Shown here one piece after another: positions 10,174-18,522 of a stretch of 64,000 bases of DNA. The stretch is taken from contig JAEETX010000004.1 of assembly GCA_016286665.1 (NCBI GenBank), forward strand, positions 2,718 to 66,717, given 5' to 3'. Below the pieces are notes generated by a model that was not told where the DNA came from, ran no database searches, and saw nothing but the letters and a program-made list of their open reading frames with translations. This DNA is from Oscillospiraceae bacterium. Lineage in GTDB: Bacteria > Bacillota > Clostridia > Oscillospirales > Oscillospiraceae. Made by a program: the position numbers and the translations under genes. Within the stretch, counting starts at the first letter, position 1. Every line of letters begins with the position of its first letter.

Positions 10174-10830
10174 CTATATCAGCTGCTGCTCGTTGATCAT
10201 CAGCTTGAATTCAAGGCCAAGCTTTTCAGCGGCTTTCCGGCATAGAATCATACGCTGCAGAAAGATTTCAAAATAATCCATCACGGAGCCGTAACGGGTA
10301 TCAACAGACAGCTTCAATTTGATGATCGTATGAGCTCCGTTGATTTTCAGCTCTGCTTTTTTAACTGAGTAGTTTACGCGGTCATGGATATCAAAAGCAG
10401 ATTCATCCTGATTCCGCACACGATTCCGCCGCACATCGCTTTTATCTGCCAGAATCAAGGCCGCAGCAAGCGGGCTGACAGGCACTCCGGTTCCTTCGTC
10501 GTGATTCCCGATGGCCGCGACGATCTGGCCGATCTCTTCAGCCGGAAAGCCCAGGTGGTCCAGAATGCGAAAAGCCATGATTGCGCCTGACTGACTATGC
10601 GCCACGCGGTTTACCAGATTCCCGATATCATGGAGATAAGCTGCAATTTTCGCGAGCTCTACAGTGCGCGGCGGGTATCCGAGACTGGATAGGATATACC
10701 CGGTTTTTTCTGCCACCAGCGTCACGTGAGCAAAGCTGTGCTCCGTAAAGCCGAGCGCTGACAGCGTTGCATCTGCCTGCCGGATATAAGTGTTGATTTC
10801 TTCATTTTCCTTGATTTCCTGATATGTCAC
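10174..10830 (-). CDS. HDIG-domain metal-dependent phosphohydrolase
   Basis: GTG start after GAAGGATG. Motifs SFAHV, YLHDIGN and GNHDE. Visibly more AT-rich than the neighbouring genes. Confidence 0.8.
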   Translation of the reverse strand: MTYQEIKENEEINTYIRQADATLSALGFTEHSFAHVTLVAEKTGYILSSLGYPPRTVELAKIAAYLHDIGNLVNRVAHSQSGAIMAFRILDHLGFPAEEIGQIVAAIGNHDEGTGVPVSPLAAALILADKSDVRRNRVRNQDESAFDIHDRVNYSVKKAELKINGAHTIIKLKLSVDTRYGSVMDYFEIFLQRMILCRKAAEKLGLEFKLMINEQQLI

Positions 10831-11020
10831 ATTTCCACATCCTTCTCATGTAAAATCGGAGTAAAGCATCGCTGTTATCTGTTCCCGTTAGTAAATAATA
10901 AGATCAATGCAAGCGAATCCATATGCGTGTTGTTCATGAAGCGGCGGGGATGACCCCACCGCCAGGCAGCTGAAAGATATCCGCTCGTGATCAACGATCT
11001 CCGTCGCAGCACTCATGTCT

Positions 11021-11055
11021 AAAAAGCACGGTTTCTATCATGAAAACCGTGCCCT
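11021..11055 (-). terminator. Rho-independent terminator of the alarmone synthetase gene
   Basis: On the minus strand, gcacggttt / aaaccgtgc followed by ttttt. Confidence 0.8.
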
Positions 11056-11079
11056 TTGCGTTCTCAGCGGCAATGGCGC

Positions 11080-11829
11080 TTACCGCAGGTTATGACTCTG
11101 ATCCGTCCACCGGACCGGCTTTTCGCCGCTGTCTGCGCCGCGCTGCGCATTCTGCTGCAGCATCAGCTGCCGCAGACCATCCATCCTTTCGTCCAGCTCC
11201 GCGCTGAGATGGGCGCAGGTGTAAAGCTCTCGCTCCATATCCGCGGCAAAATCAAAATCCTTTTTATACCGAAGCTGATGCTCCAGCGTCGCCCAAAAAT
11301 CCATCGCCAGGGTCCGCAGCTGTATCTCCACCCGCATATATTTCTTTTCGTGAGCCAGAAAAATGGGAACGGAGACGATCATGTGCAGGCTTCGGTAGCC
11401 GTTGGGCTTGGGGTTGCGGATATAATCCTTTCGTTCCAGAAGAATGATATCGTCCTGCTGCATCAGCGCTTCCGACAGCATATGCACGTCTTCCCGGAAG
11501 GAGCAGATGACCCGGACGCCCGCCACATCGTTCAGGTTTTCTTCGATGGATTCCAGCGTAAAGGGATGACCGCGCCGCTCCAGCTTTTCCAGAATGCTGG
11601 GCAGCGTTTTCAGCCTGCTTTTGATGCCGGTGATGGGGTTGCGGTCGAATTGCAGGGAGAACTGTTCGTTCAGAACATTGAACTTGGTGACCACTTCCAT
11701 CATGGCGCAGCGATAATACGACATGAGCCTGTTCAGCTCCTGCATCCGTTCCAGGGAAACCTGCCCTGTGCCGGGACCCAGGAGCTCCTGCATGCTGTCG
11801 GAGAGGAAGCCGCTCTTATTCTGTGACAT
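11080..11829 (-). CDS. Small alarmone synthetase (RelA/SpoT-domain GTP pyrophosphokinase, RelQ/RelP type)
   Basis: 249 aa with synthetase motifs DVAGVRVIC, YRSLHMIV and EIQLRTLAMDFWATLEH. No hydrolase or regulatory domains. Confidence 0.9.
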   Translation of the reverse strand: MSQNKSGFLSDSMQELLGPGTGQVSLERMQELNRLMSYYRCAMMEVVTKFNVLNEQFSLQFDRNPITGIKSRLKTLPSILEKLERRGHPFTLESIEENLNDVAGVRVICSFREDVHMLSEALMQQDDIILLERKDYIRNPKPNGYRSLHMIVSVPIFLAHEKKYMRVEIQLRTLAMDFWATLEHQLRYKKDFDFAADMERELYTCAHLSAELDERMDGLRQLMLQQNAQRGADSGEKPVRWTDQSHNLR

Positions 11830-11971
11830 AGCGCCGCACCTCCTTGTAAAAGTATTCTACCCTGAATCCTGTCGGAAGTCAATCGGATTCCGGCCGCCGT
11901 CTCACACCGCTGCCGCGCAGGCATAGAATGAAGAGGAGCCGAAAGGCGACAAATCCGATAGGAGAATAACT

Positions 11972-12823
11972 ATGCCGACTTTTCAGAATTATGCGACCGT
12001 TTCCTATCAAGGCCGGACGGCGGTATCCAACCTGGTCACGGGGGAGATCGCAGCCAGTCTGCGCATGACGAAAACGGCGGTCACGGACACCTATGAACCG
12101 GGGGATAGCATCACCTATGCGGTGAGTATCCTCAATTCCGGCAGCACTGAGCTGAGCGGACTGACCCTCAGCGACGACCTGGGAGCTTATCAATTCGGAG
12201 CGCAGACCCTGACGCCGCTGGATTATGCGGCGGGTTCTGCCCGTGTGTATATCGACGGCGAACTGCAGGACGCGCCGGCAGCGCTGGCCGGTCCGCCGCT
12301 TCGCATCACCGGCCTCAGCGTGCCCTCGGGCGGCAATACCATCGTTCTTTACACAGCCAGGACCAACGCGTATGCGCCGGGTTGTTCCGAGGGCCAGATC
12401 ATGAATACGGCGACGCTGTTCGGTACGGGGATCACGGAAGCCTTGCAATCCTCCGCTGCCGTCACGCCGTCGTGCAATGCGGATTTGAAGATCACGAAAA
12501 CCGTTCAGCCTGCGATGGTGCGGGAAAACGGCGTGATCACGTATGCTTTCCACATCACGAATCTCGGCGGTCTGCCGGCGGAAGGCAGCGACAACGTCAC
12601 GGTCAGCGATTCCTTCGATCCTGTCCTGCATGACATCACGGTCACGCTGAACGGGCAAATCCTCAGTGACAGCCAGTATGCCTATGACGCGACCAGCGGC
12701 GTATTTTCCACCGTTCCCGGCGTCGTCACAATCCCGGCGGCAAGCTTTGCCCAGGACCCGGCCACCGGCATATGGACGCGCAGCCCCGGCGAAGCGACGC
12801 TGACGGTGAGCGGCAGGATCTGA
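11972..12823 (+). CDS. DUF11-like tandem repeat-domain protein with no recognisable signal peptide
   Basis: Two similar ~120-aa modules (YEPGDSITYAVSILNSGSTELSGLTLSDDLG and VRENGVITYAFHITNLGGLPAEGSDNVTVSDSF). SD AGGAG lies upstream. Confidence 0.6.
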   Translation: MPTFQNYATVSYQGRTAVSNLVTGEIAASLRMTKTAVTDTYEPGDSITYAVSILNSGSTELSGLTLSDDLGAYQFGAQTLTPLDYAAGSARVYIDGELQDAPAALAGPPLRITGLSVPSGGNTIVLYTARTNAYAPGCSEGQIMNTATLFGTGITEALQSSAAVTPSCNADLKITKTVQPAMVRENGVITYAFHITNLGGLPAEGSDNVTVSDSFDPVLHDITVTLNGQILSDSQYAYDATSGVFSTVPGVVTIPAASFAQDPATGIWTRSPGEATLTVSGRI

Positions 12824-12839
12824 ATGCGCGAGGTCTCGG

Positions 12840-12864
12840 CGCCGCAGGGAAACCTGCGGCGTTT
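12840..12864 (+). terminator. Hairpin terminator
   Basis: Stem cgccgcagg / cctgcggcg with loop gaaa, followed by ttt. Confidence 0.6.
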
Positions 12865-12870
12865 CCGCAC

Positions 12871-12899
12871 TTGCAAAGGGGACGGGCATTTGCTACAAT
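12871..12899 (+). promoter_or_regulatory. Sigma-70-type promoter of tgt (TTGCAA-17-TACAAT with TGn extension)
   Basis: -35 at 12871-12876; TGc then TACAAT at 12894-12899. Confidence 0.55.
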
Positions 12900-12933
12900 G
12901 TGCCGGGTATCTTGAGGGAAATGAGGGCATGAC

Positions 12934-14064
12934 ATGGCATTTGCGATCATCCGAAGGGAAGGGAAGGCCCGCCGCGGCCGATTCGAAACCGCGCACGGGA
13001 CCGTAGAAACGCCGGTATTCATGAATGTGGCGACCCAGGGGGCCATTAAGGGCGGCCTGAACAGCGAGGACCTGGAGCGGCTGGACTGCCGCGTCGCCCT
13101 TTGCAACACCTATCATCTGCATCTTCGGCCGGGAGAGGACGTCATCAAATCCCTGGGCGGACTTCACGGTTTTATGGACTGGCGTCTGCCGATCCTGACG
13201 GACAGCGGCGGATTCCAGATTTTTTCCCTGGCCTCCCTGCGGAAGATCACGGAGGAGGGCGTCGCTTTTCGCTCCCACATCGACGGCGCGAAAATCTTCA
13301 TGTCCCCGGAGGACAGCATCCGCATTCAATCCGGCCTCGGCTCCGATATTGCCATGGCCTTCGATGAATGCGTGAAGATTCCGTCTCCACGCGAATACAT
13401 CGCCGAATCCTGCGAGCGCACTTACCGCTGGCTGCTGCGCTGCAAGGAGGAGCTGCGGCGCATGAACGAGCGGGAGGACACCGTGAACCGCGGTCAGCAG
13501 CTGTTCGGCATCAATCAGGGCGGGATCGACCGGGAGCTTCGGCTGAGCCACATGGCCAAAATCGCGGAACTGGACCTTCCGGGCTACGCTGTGGGCGGTC
13601 TTGCAGTGGGGGAGAGTACGGAAGAAATGTACGCCACGCTGGATTATCTGGTGCCGGAAATGCCGGAGGACAAGCCCCGTTACCTCATGGGCGTGGGGAC
13701 GCCGGAAAACATCGTGGAGGGCGTGGCCAGAGGCATCGATTTCTTTGACTGCGTCATGCCCGCAAGAAACGGGCGGCATGCTAAATTTTTCACGCACGGC
13801 GGGACCATGAACCTGAAAAACGAGAAATACGCCAGAGATGAACGGCCGATAGAGGAGGGCTGCGGCTGTCCTGTCTGCCGCCGCTATTCCCGCGCCTATA
13901 TCCGCCATCTGTTCAAGGCGGAGGAGATCATGGCGCTCCGCTTCGGCGTCCTTCACAATCTCTGGTATTACAACCACCTGATGGAAGAAATCCGGAATGC
14001 CCTCGCTGACGGCCGCTTCGCGGAGTTCCGGCGGGAGTTTTACCGTCAGAGAGAAAATGATTGA
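12934..14064 (+). CDS. tgt: Queuine tRNA-ribosyltransferase (tRNA-guanine transglycosylase)
   Basis: Motifs GRFETAHGTVETPVFM, LTDSGGFQ and GLAVGE, plus zinc site CGCPVC...RAYIRHL. Confidence 0.97.
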   Translation: MAFAIIRREGKARRGRFETAHGTVETPVFMNVATQGAIKGGLNSEDLERLDCRVALCNTYHLHLRPGEDVIKSLGGLHGFMDWRLPILTDSGGFQIFSLASLRKITEEGVAFRSHIDGAKIFMSPEDSIRIQSGLGSDIAMAFDECVKIPSPREYIAESCERTYRWLLRCKEELRRMNEREDTVNRGQQLFGINQGGIDRELRLSHMAKIAELDLPGYAVGGLAVGESTEEMYATLDYLVPEMPEDKPRYLMGVGTPENIVEGVARGIDFFDCVMPARNGRHAKFFTHGGTMNLKNEKYARDERPIEEGCGCPVCRRYSRAYIRHLFKAEEIMALRFGVLHNLWYYNHLMEEIRNALADGRFAEFRREFYRQREND

Positions 14065-14116
14065 CTTTGTGTGAGCGCGAATATATAATCAAGTATCTAA
14101 AACTGGAGGGTTTTTC

Positions 14117-14398
14117 ATGGAAGGTTTGGGTAGTTACAGCGGTATTATTATGATCGTCCTGCTGTTCGCGGTGTTCTATTTCTTCCTGATCCGGCCTGAG
14201 AACAAGAAGAAAAAGAAGCTGCAGGAAATGCGCACCAATCTGCAGGTGGGGGATCAGATCACAACCATCGGCGGCATCGTGGGCAAGATCGTCGGCATTA
14301 AGGACGACATGATCACCTTTGAGACCGGTGAAGATCGGGTGCGTCTGCAGATCATGCGCTGGGCCATTTCCACCAACGGGATCGATACCCAGGGTTGA
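14117..14398 (+). CDS. yajC: Preprotein translocase subunit YajC
   Basis: 93 aa with a single TM and FFLIRPENKKKKKLQEM...GDQITTIGGIVGKIV. Conserved tgt-yajC synteny. Confidence 0.92.
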   Translation: MEGLGSYSGIIMIVLLFAVFYFFLIRPENKKKKKLQEMRTNLQVGDQITTIGGIVGKIVGIKDDMITFETGEDRVRLQIMRWAISTNGIDTQG

Positions 14399-14416
14399 TA
14401 GCATATTGTTTGCATG

Positions 14417-14460
14417 CCTCCGCATATCCTTTGAACGAGGATATGCGGAGGTGCTTTTTT
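14417..14460 (+). terminator. Rho-independent terminator after yajC
   Basis: 14-bp stem cctccgcatatcct / aggatatgcggagg followed by tgctttttt. Confidence 0.85.
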
Positions 14461-14880
14461 ATGGTCAAACGGTCGGGAAAGAATTCGTTCGGTGCATTTT
14501 GGCGCATTCCGGGAGCGACGGCAGCAAGCCTTGTGCTGCTTCTTTGCGTCGAAGCGGGATTGATCCAAAAGGGTGTTCTCAGCATAAAACAAGCTGAGCC
14601 GGGAATCATCCTTTGCTGCCTGATTGCAGGAACGGTCGGCGCTGCGTTGAAGCAGAAAGGAGAGGGAAGCAGTCGAACGATGCTGCTTGGGTGCGCGATC
14701 CCCGCGATCCTTCTAATGATGTCCGGTGTCGTCTTTTCTGAGGGAAGCCAGATACAGCCGGAAATCTTCGCTCATGCGATTTGCGTCATTCTTCCGGGAC
14801 TGATAACTGCAATGGGCGTAGAGCTGAGAAACAAGAAAGGGAAAAAGCGAAGAATCCACAGACGATCCTCATTCAAATGA
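14461..14880 (+). CDS. Small multi-pass membrane protein, possibly TIGR04086/YrzE-like
   Basis: The internal ATG at 14461 was chosen because the upstream part of the ORF is the yajC terminator. Three or four hydrophobic segments and a basic C-tail. The family name is a guess from synteny with yajC. Confidence 0.4.
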   Translation: MVKRSGKNSFGAFWRIPGATAASLVLLLCVEAGLIQKGVLSIKQAEPGIILCCLIAGTVGAALKQKGEGSSRTMLLGCAIPAILLMMSGVVFSEGSQIQPEIFAHAICVILPGLITAMGVELRNKKGKKRRIHRRSSFK

Positions 14881-15171
14881 ACAGTTTACATATTATCGGT
14901 TGGTGATACCAGATATTGTGGCAATGCCGTGAGATAACACAATAACCTGGAAAAATCGACGGATTTTCAGGACTTTTCGTGAACTTTCGGATAACCCGTT
15001 ACAGAAGTAGACATAATGTAGTAGACATAATATCTATGCATAATGCACAAAATTACGGTTTTTCCGGCGAATCTCTTGAAAGCCGGACGACGCTGTATTA
15101 TGATGTAATCCGAGCCGGAAAGGCGCTTTCTTTTTCCCTTCCGCCCGGAGCAAGGGCGGAGGTATCGCGAC

Positions 15172-15696
15172 ATGGAACACTCTCAGGCGCAGAAGCGGAT
15201 GCTGATTTGCGCCGCATTCTTTTCTTTCGGGACGCTTTGCGGCGCGCTCTCTTTCCTTCAGCTTTCCGTTCCCGCGTCCATGCACATCTGGGAGCTGGTT
15301 TTTGGTTTTGTTGCGCGTCGTCCGCTGCTCCTCGTTCCGGCGGCTTTCTGTGCCGCTCCGCTTCTGTTGCTCGTTTTCGGCTTTTCCGCGTCGGGATTTG
15401 TTTTCTCCGATCTTATTTTGACGTTTGCCGGATTCGTTTCTGCTTTTGCTGTTGGAATGCTTCTGAGATTTACGCACGATGGGTTCCTTTGCTCTGCATT
15501 CCTTTGGCTTGCCTGCCTGTGCCTGGTGGTGACCGCTGCCTCTGTCCGGCGGCTGTCGTTTCTCATCCGCACGCAGATTCGTTCCGGCGGACTGTTGCGT
15601 CCGGATTACGCCTATGATGCGCTGCGCATCAGCGTCTGTTTTTCCGTGATTCTTCTGGCAGCCTTTGCTCTCGCATATTACATTCTGAGTGTTTAG
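15172..15696 (+). CDS. Multi-pass membrane protein, possibly SpoIIM-like
   Basis: 174 aa and very hydrophobic; SD GGAGG upstream. It sits next to xerD, as spoIIM does in Bacillus. Sequence similarity was not verified. Confidence 0.35.
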   Translation: MEHSQAQKRMLICAAFFSFGTLCGALSFLQLSVPASMHIWELVFGFVARRPLLLVPAAFCAAPLLLLVFGFSASGFVFSDLILTFAGFVSAFAVGMLLRFTHDGFLCSAFLWLACLCLVVTAASVRRLSFLIRTQIRSGGLLRPDYAYDALRISVCFSVILLAAFALAYYILSV

Positions 15697-15718
15697 CCTC
15701 AGGGAAAGGAGGAAGTCT

Positions 15719-16612
15719 TTGACGGAACTTGAAAAGTCCCTGCGGGATTTTGAAGGCTATTTGAAAAAGGAAAAGAATGCTTCCTCCAACACCCTCAGCA
15801 GTTATCTTCGGGACCTCCGGCAGTTCGGCGAATGGCTTCGGAATACCGCGGAGAAAACGCTGCTGCAGGCGGGGGAGGAAGATATTTCCGCCTATTACCG
15901 CTTCCTCCGCGCTTCCGGCAAATCCCAGTCGACGGTGCAGCGATGCAGCGCGACCCTGCGTTCCTACTATGCTCATCTGCTTGAAAAACGAAAGCTGAAA
16001 GACAATCCCGCGCGGCATGTGACCATGGACCGGCAAAAGCGAAAGCTGCCGCAGATCCTGTCGAGCAGCGAGGTGGAACAGTTTTTGGAGCAGCCGGACA
16101 CCCAGGAAGCCAAAGGCATCCGCGATAAGGCCATGCTGGAACTGCTCTACGCCACGGGCATCCGCGTTTCGGAGCTGATCGGCCTGGATATCGGAGACGT
16201 GAATCTGTCCGTTGGCTTTATCCGCTGCCGCGGGGAAACAAAGGAGCGCGTCATCCCCATGTATAAGGTCGCCGTCAAAGCGCTGAAGGACTATCTGGAG
16301 GATGTTCGGCCGGCCATGGTGGATGAGGTGGACGAGCCCGCGCTTTTCGTGAATCTCGGCGGCAGCCGCATGTCCCGCCAGGGTTTCTGGAAAATCGTGA
16401 AAGCCTATCAAAAAAAGGCCGGCATCGAGAAGGAGATCACGCCCCATACTCTGCGCCATTCCTTCGCAGCCCATCTTCTTGTCAACGGGGCTGATCTGAA
16501 GGACATTCAGGAGATGCTGGGCCATGCGGACCTCTCCACCACGCAGATCTACACCCAGGTCGTTCAGGATCATCTGACGGAGGTTTATCAGAAGGCCCAT
16601 CCCAGAGCCTGA
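15719..16612 (+). CDS. xerD: Site-specific tyrosine recombinase XerD/XerC
   Basis: TTG start 6 nt after GAAAGGAGG; the track start GTG 15689 is also possible. Motifs ELLYATGIRVSEL, HTLRHSFAAHLL and LGHADLSTTQIYT. Confidence 0.9.
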   Translation: MTELEKSLRDFEGYLKKEKNASSNTLSSYLRDLRQFGEWLRNTAEKTLLQAGEEDISAYYRFLRASGKSQSTVQRCSATLRSYYAHLLEKRKLKDNPARHVTMDRQKRKLPQILSSSEVEQFLEQPDTQEAKGIRDKAMLELLYATGIRVSELIGLDIGDVNLSVGFIRCRGETKERVIPMYKVAVKALKDYLEDVRPAMVDEVDEPALFVNLGGSRMSRQGFWKIVKAYQKKAGIEKEITPHTLRHSFAAHLLVNGADLKDIQEMLGHADLSTTQIYTQVVQDHLTEVYQKAHPRA

Positions 16613-16644
16613 CGGCTTGGCGAAAGCAAGGAGTCATTCGTTCC

Positions 16645-17610
16645 ATGAGCTTATTCCGCCCCTATATCTATAAAAACAGGCCGGATCTGCTGGATAACGC
16701 GCCGGTCAAAAAGGGCTTTTTTCGTTTCTTTGAGCTGTATTTCCGAAAATTCTGGCGGTTTTTGACCCTGAATCTTTGGGTTTTCCTGCTGACGCTGCCC
16801 ATGGTCCTCTATGTATTCTATACGCTGAACGGACTTTTTGCCGACCGCCTGAAGGAAATCGGCGACGGCGTGATCCTGCTGGCCGGCGTCGGTTTTATCG
16901 CTTCCTTTTTCAGCTTTGTGCCGGAGGTGCTCAATCGCCCGCTGCTGATTCTGTCCGTGCTGCTCTACGGTCCCATCACCATGGGCTTCACCTATATCCT
17001 GCGGAACTTCGCGCGGGAAGAGCATGCCTGGATGTCGGATTTCTGGAGCCGCGCCTGGAGCAATGTCAGGCAGGGGCTGTTTTTCGGCGTGGCGGACCTC
17101 CTGGTGCTCTGGATCTGCCTCAACGGCATGTTCGGCGGCATCGCGGAAGCCGGGAAAAACGTGGGCTATGCTCTGTCCGTCATTCTTTCCGTGATCTGCG
17201 GCCTTGTTCTGCTGGTGTGGCTTTTCATGCGGCACTATACCTATCTGATGGCCGTGACGGTCAATCTGAATGTCTTCCACATCCTGAAGAATGCCTGGCT
17301 GTTCGTGTTCCTGGGCTTCGGCAGGAATGTCCTCAGCAGCCTGGTGACCCTGGCCTGCATCGTGGTGACCTTCCTTCTTGCGCCGCTGCTGACCATCATC
17401 CTTCTGCCGCTGTTTTTCTTTTCCTTCAGCTGGTTCTGCACCGTTTTCACCTGTTACCCCATCATTAAGAAATACATCATCGTTCCGGCGCTGGAGGCGC
17501 AGGCGGCGGAGACTGCCGGGGAGCCAAACGCGGAAAAAGCGAACAGCGGCGGCGAACAAGTCGAGGAAACCGATTTGGAACCCGAATCGGAGGAATCACA
17601 CGAAAACTAA
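16645..17610 (+). CDS. DUF624/YesL-family integral membrane protein with an acidic C-terminal tail
   Basis: N-terminus FFRFFELYFRKFWRFLTLNLWVFLLTLP, six or more TM segments, SD AAGGAG. Confidence 0.6.
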   Translation: MSLFRPYIYKNRPDLLDNAPVKKGFFRFFELYFRKFWRFLTLNLWVFLLTLPMVLYVFYTLNGLFADRLKEIGDGVILLAGVGFIASFFSFVPEVLNRPLLILSVLLYGPITMGFTYILRNFAREEHAWMSDFWSRAWSNVRQGLFFGVADLLVLWICLNGMFGGIAEAGKNVGYALSVILSVICGLVLLVWLFMRHYTYLMAVTVNLNVFHILKNAWLFVFLGFGRNVLSSLVTLACIVVTFLLAPLLTIILLPLFFFSFSWFCTVFTCYPIIKKYIIVPALEAQAAETAGEPNAEKANSGGEQVEETDLEPESEESHEN

Positions 17611-17636
17611 AACAGCCGGAAGCCGGCGACATGAAA

Positions 17637-17676
17637 TATCCCCCGTTCGTTTTCGAATGAGAACGAACGGGGGATA
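17637..17676. terminator. 15-bp perfect hairpin, probable terminator
   Basis: tatcccccgttcgtt / aacgaacgggggata with a 10-nt loop and a weak T tract. Confidence 0.55.
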
Positions 17677-17689
17677 ATCCATAAGCAAA

Positions 17690-17837
17690 CACCGCGCAAT
17701 TCGCGGCACAGATCATTCATGTCGATGATGCCGTCATGCTGACCAAAACCTCGACAATACCCAAGCATTCCCTCGGGTTTTCATCCGGCCTGGCGAAGAA
17801 TCCATCTGCACGATCCGCGCTCCGGAATTGCGCGGTG
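17690..17837. repeat. 148-bp intergenic segment bounded by a 13-bp perfect inverted repeat
   Basis: caccgcgcaattc at 17690-17702 and its reverse complement gaattgcgcggtg at 17825-17837. Similarity continues imperfectly for about 12 more bp inward. Confidence 0.5.
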
Positions 17838-17866
17838 CTGCCGTAAAGCGGCAGTGAGAGGTACAT

Positions 17867-18382
17867 TCAGCTGTGCATCATCAGGTAGAGCTTTGCGGTG
17901 GCCTTGGCGTCGCACCAGGCCCGATGCGCGTCCTCCTGGGCGATACCGTGATAATCCGTAAGGTAGGTCAGCTTATAGCTGGGGAGCCCGGGCCAGACAC
18001 GGCGCGCCAGCTTCACCGTGTCTACTACCGGATTCAGTATGCGGATGCCGAGCTTTTCCGCTTCCCGATAAAGGAAGGAACAGTCAAAGGACGCATTGTG
18101 GGCGATGAGGGGATCGTCGCCGAGGAAGGCAAGAAAACGGGGCAGCAGTGTGGAAAAGCGAGGCGCATCGGCTACCAGCTCGTCGGTGATGCCGTTGAGC
18201 AGCTGAACGGGGTAGGGGATATGGCAGCCGGGATTCACCAGGGAGGAGAAACGCGCGATGAATTCTCCGTGTTCCACCTTCACCGCGCCGATTTCCGTGA
18301 TCCCGGCGGCGGTTCCGAATCCGGTGGTCTCCAAATCGAAGACGACGAAGCGATCAAAATCCCGTTCCATGGAAAAACGCAT
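17867..18382 (-). CDS. DnaQ-like 3'-5' exonuclease (DEDDh family)
   Basis: Motifs VVFDLETTG, IAHNASFDCSFL and HRAWCDA. Confidence 0.85.
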   Translation of the reverse strand: MRFSMERDFDRFVVFDLETTGFGTAAGITEIGAVKVEHGEFIARFSSLVNPGCHIPYPVQLLNGITDELVADAPRFSTLLPRFLAFLGDDPLIAHNASFDCSFLYREAEKLGIRILNPVVDTVKLARRVWPGLPSYKLTYLTDYHGIAQEDAHRAWCDAKATAKLYLMMHS

Positions 18383-18522
18383 CAGGCAACCCTCCTTTGC
18401 CGTATCCTGTCGATTCAGAGCGTATCACAATGTTGAAAACAGGGCAAGACCGGAGTTTACAAAAGCACTTCGGCCTGATAAAATGGAAAAAACAAAATAA
18501 AAACAGGAAAGGATGGTTCACC

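Noticed and set aside
14395-14460. A longer start (14395) for the membrane protein downstream of yajC.
   Set aside because: The first 22 codons coincide with the yajC terminator hairpin and T run, so the ATG at 14461 is preferred. The gene itself remains low confidence.
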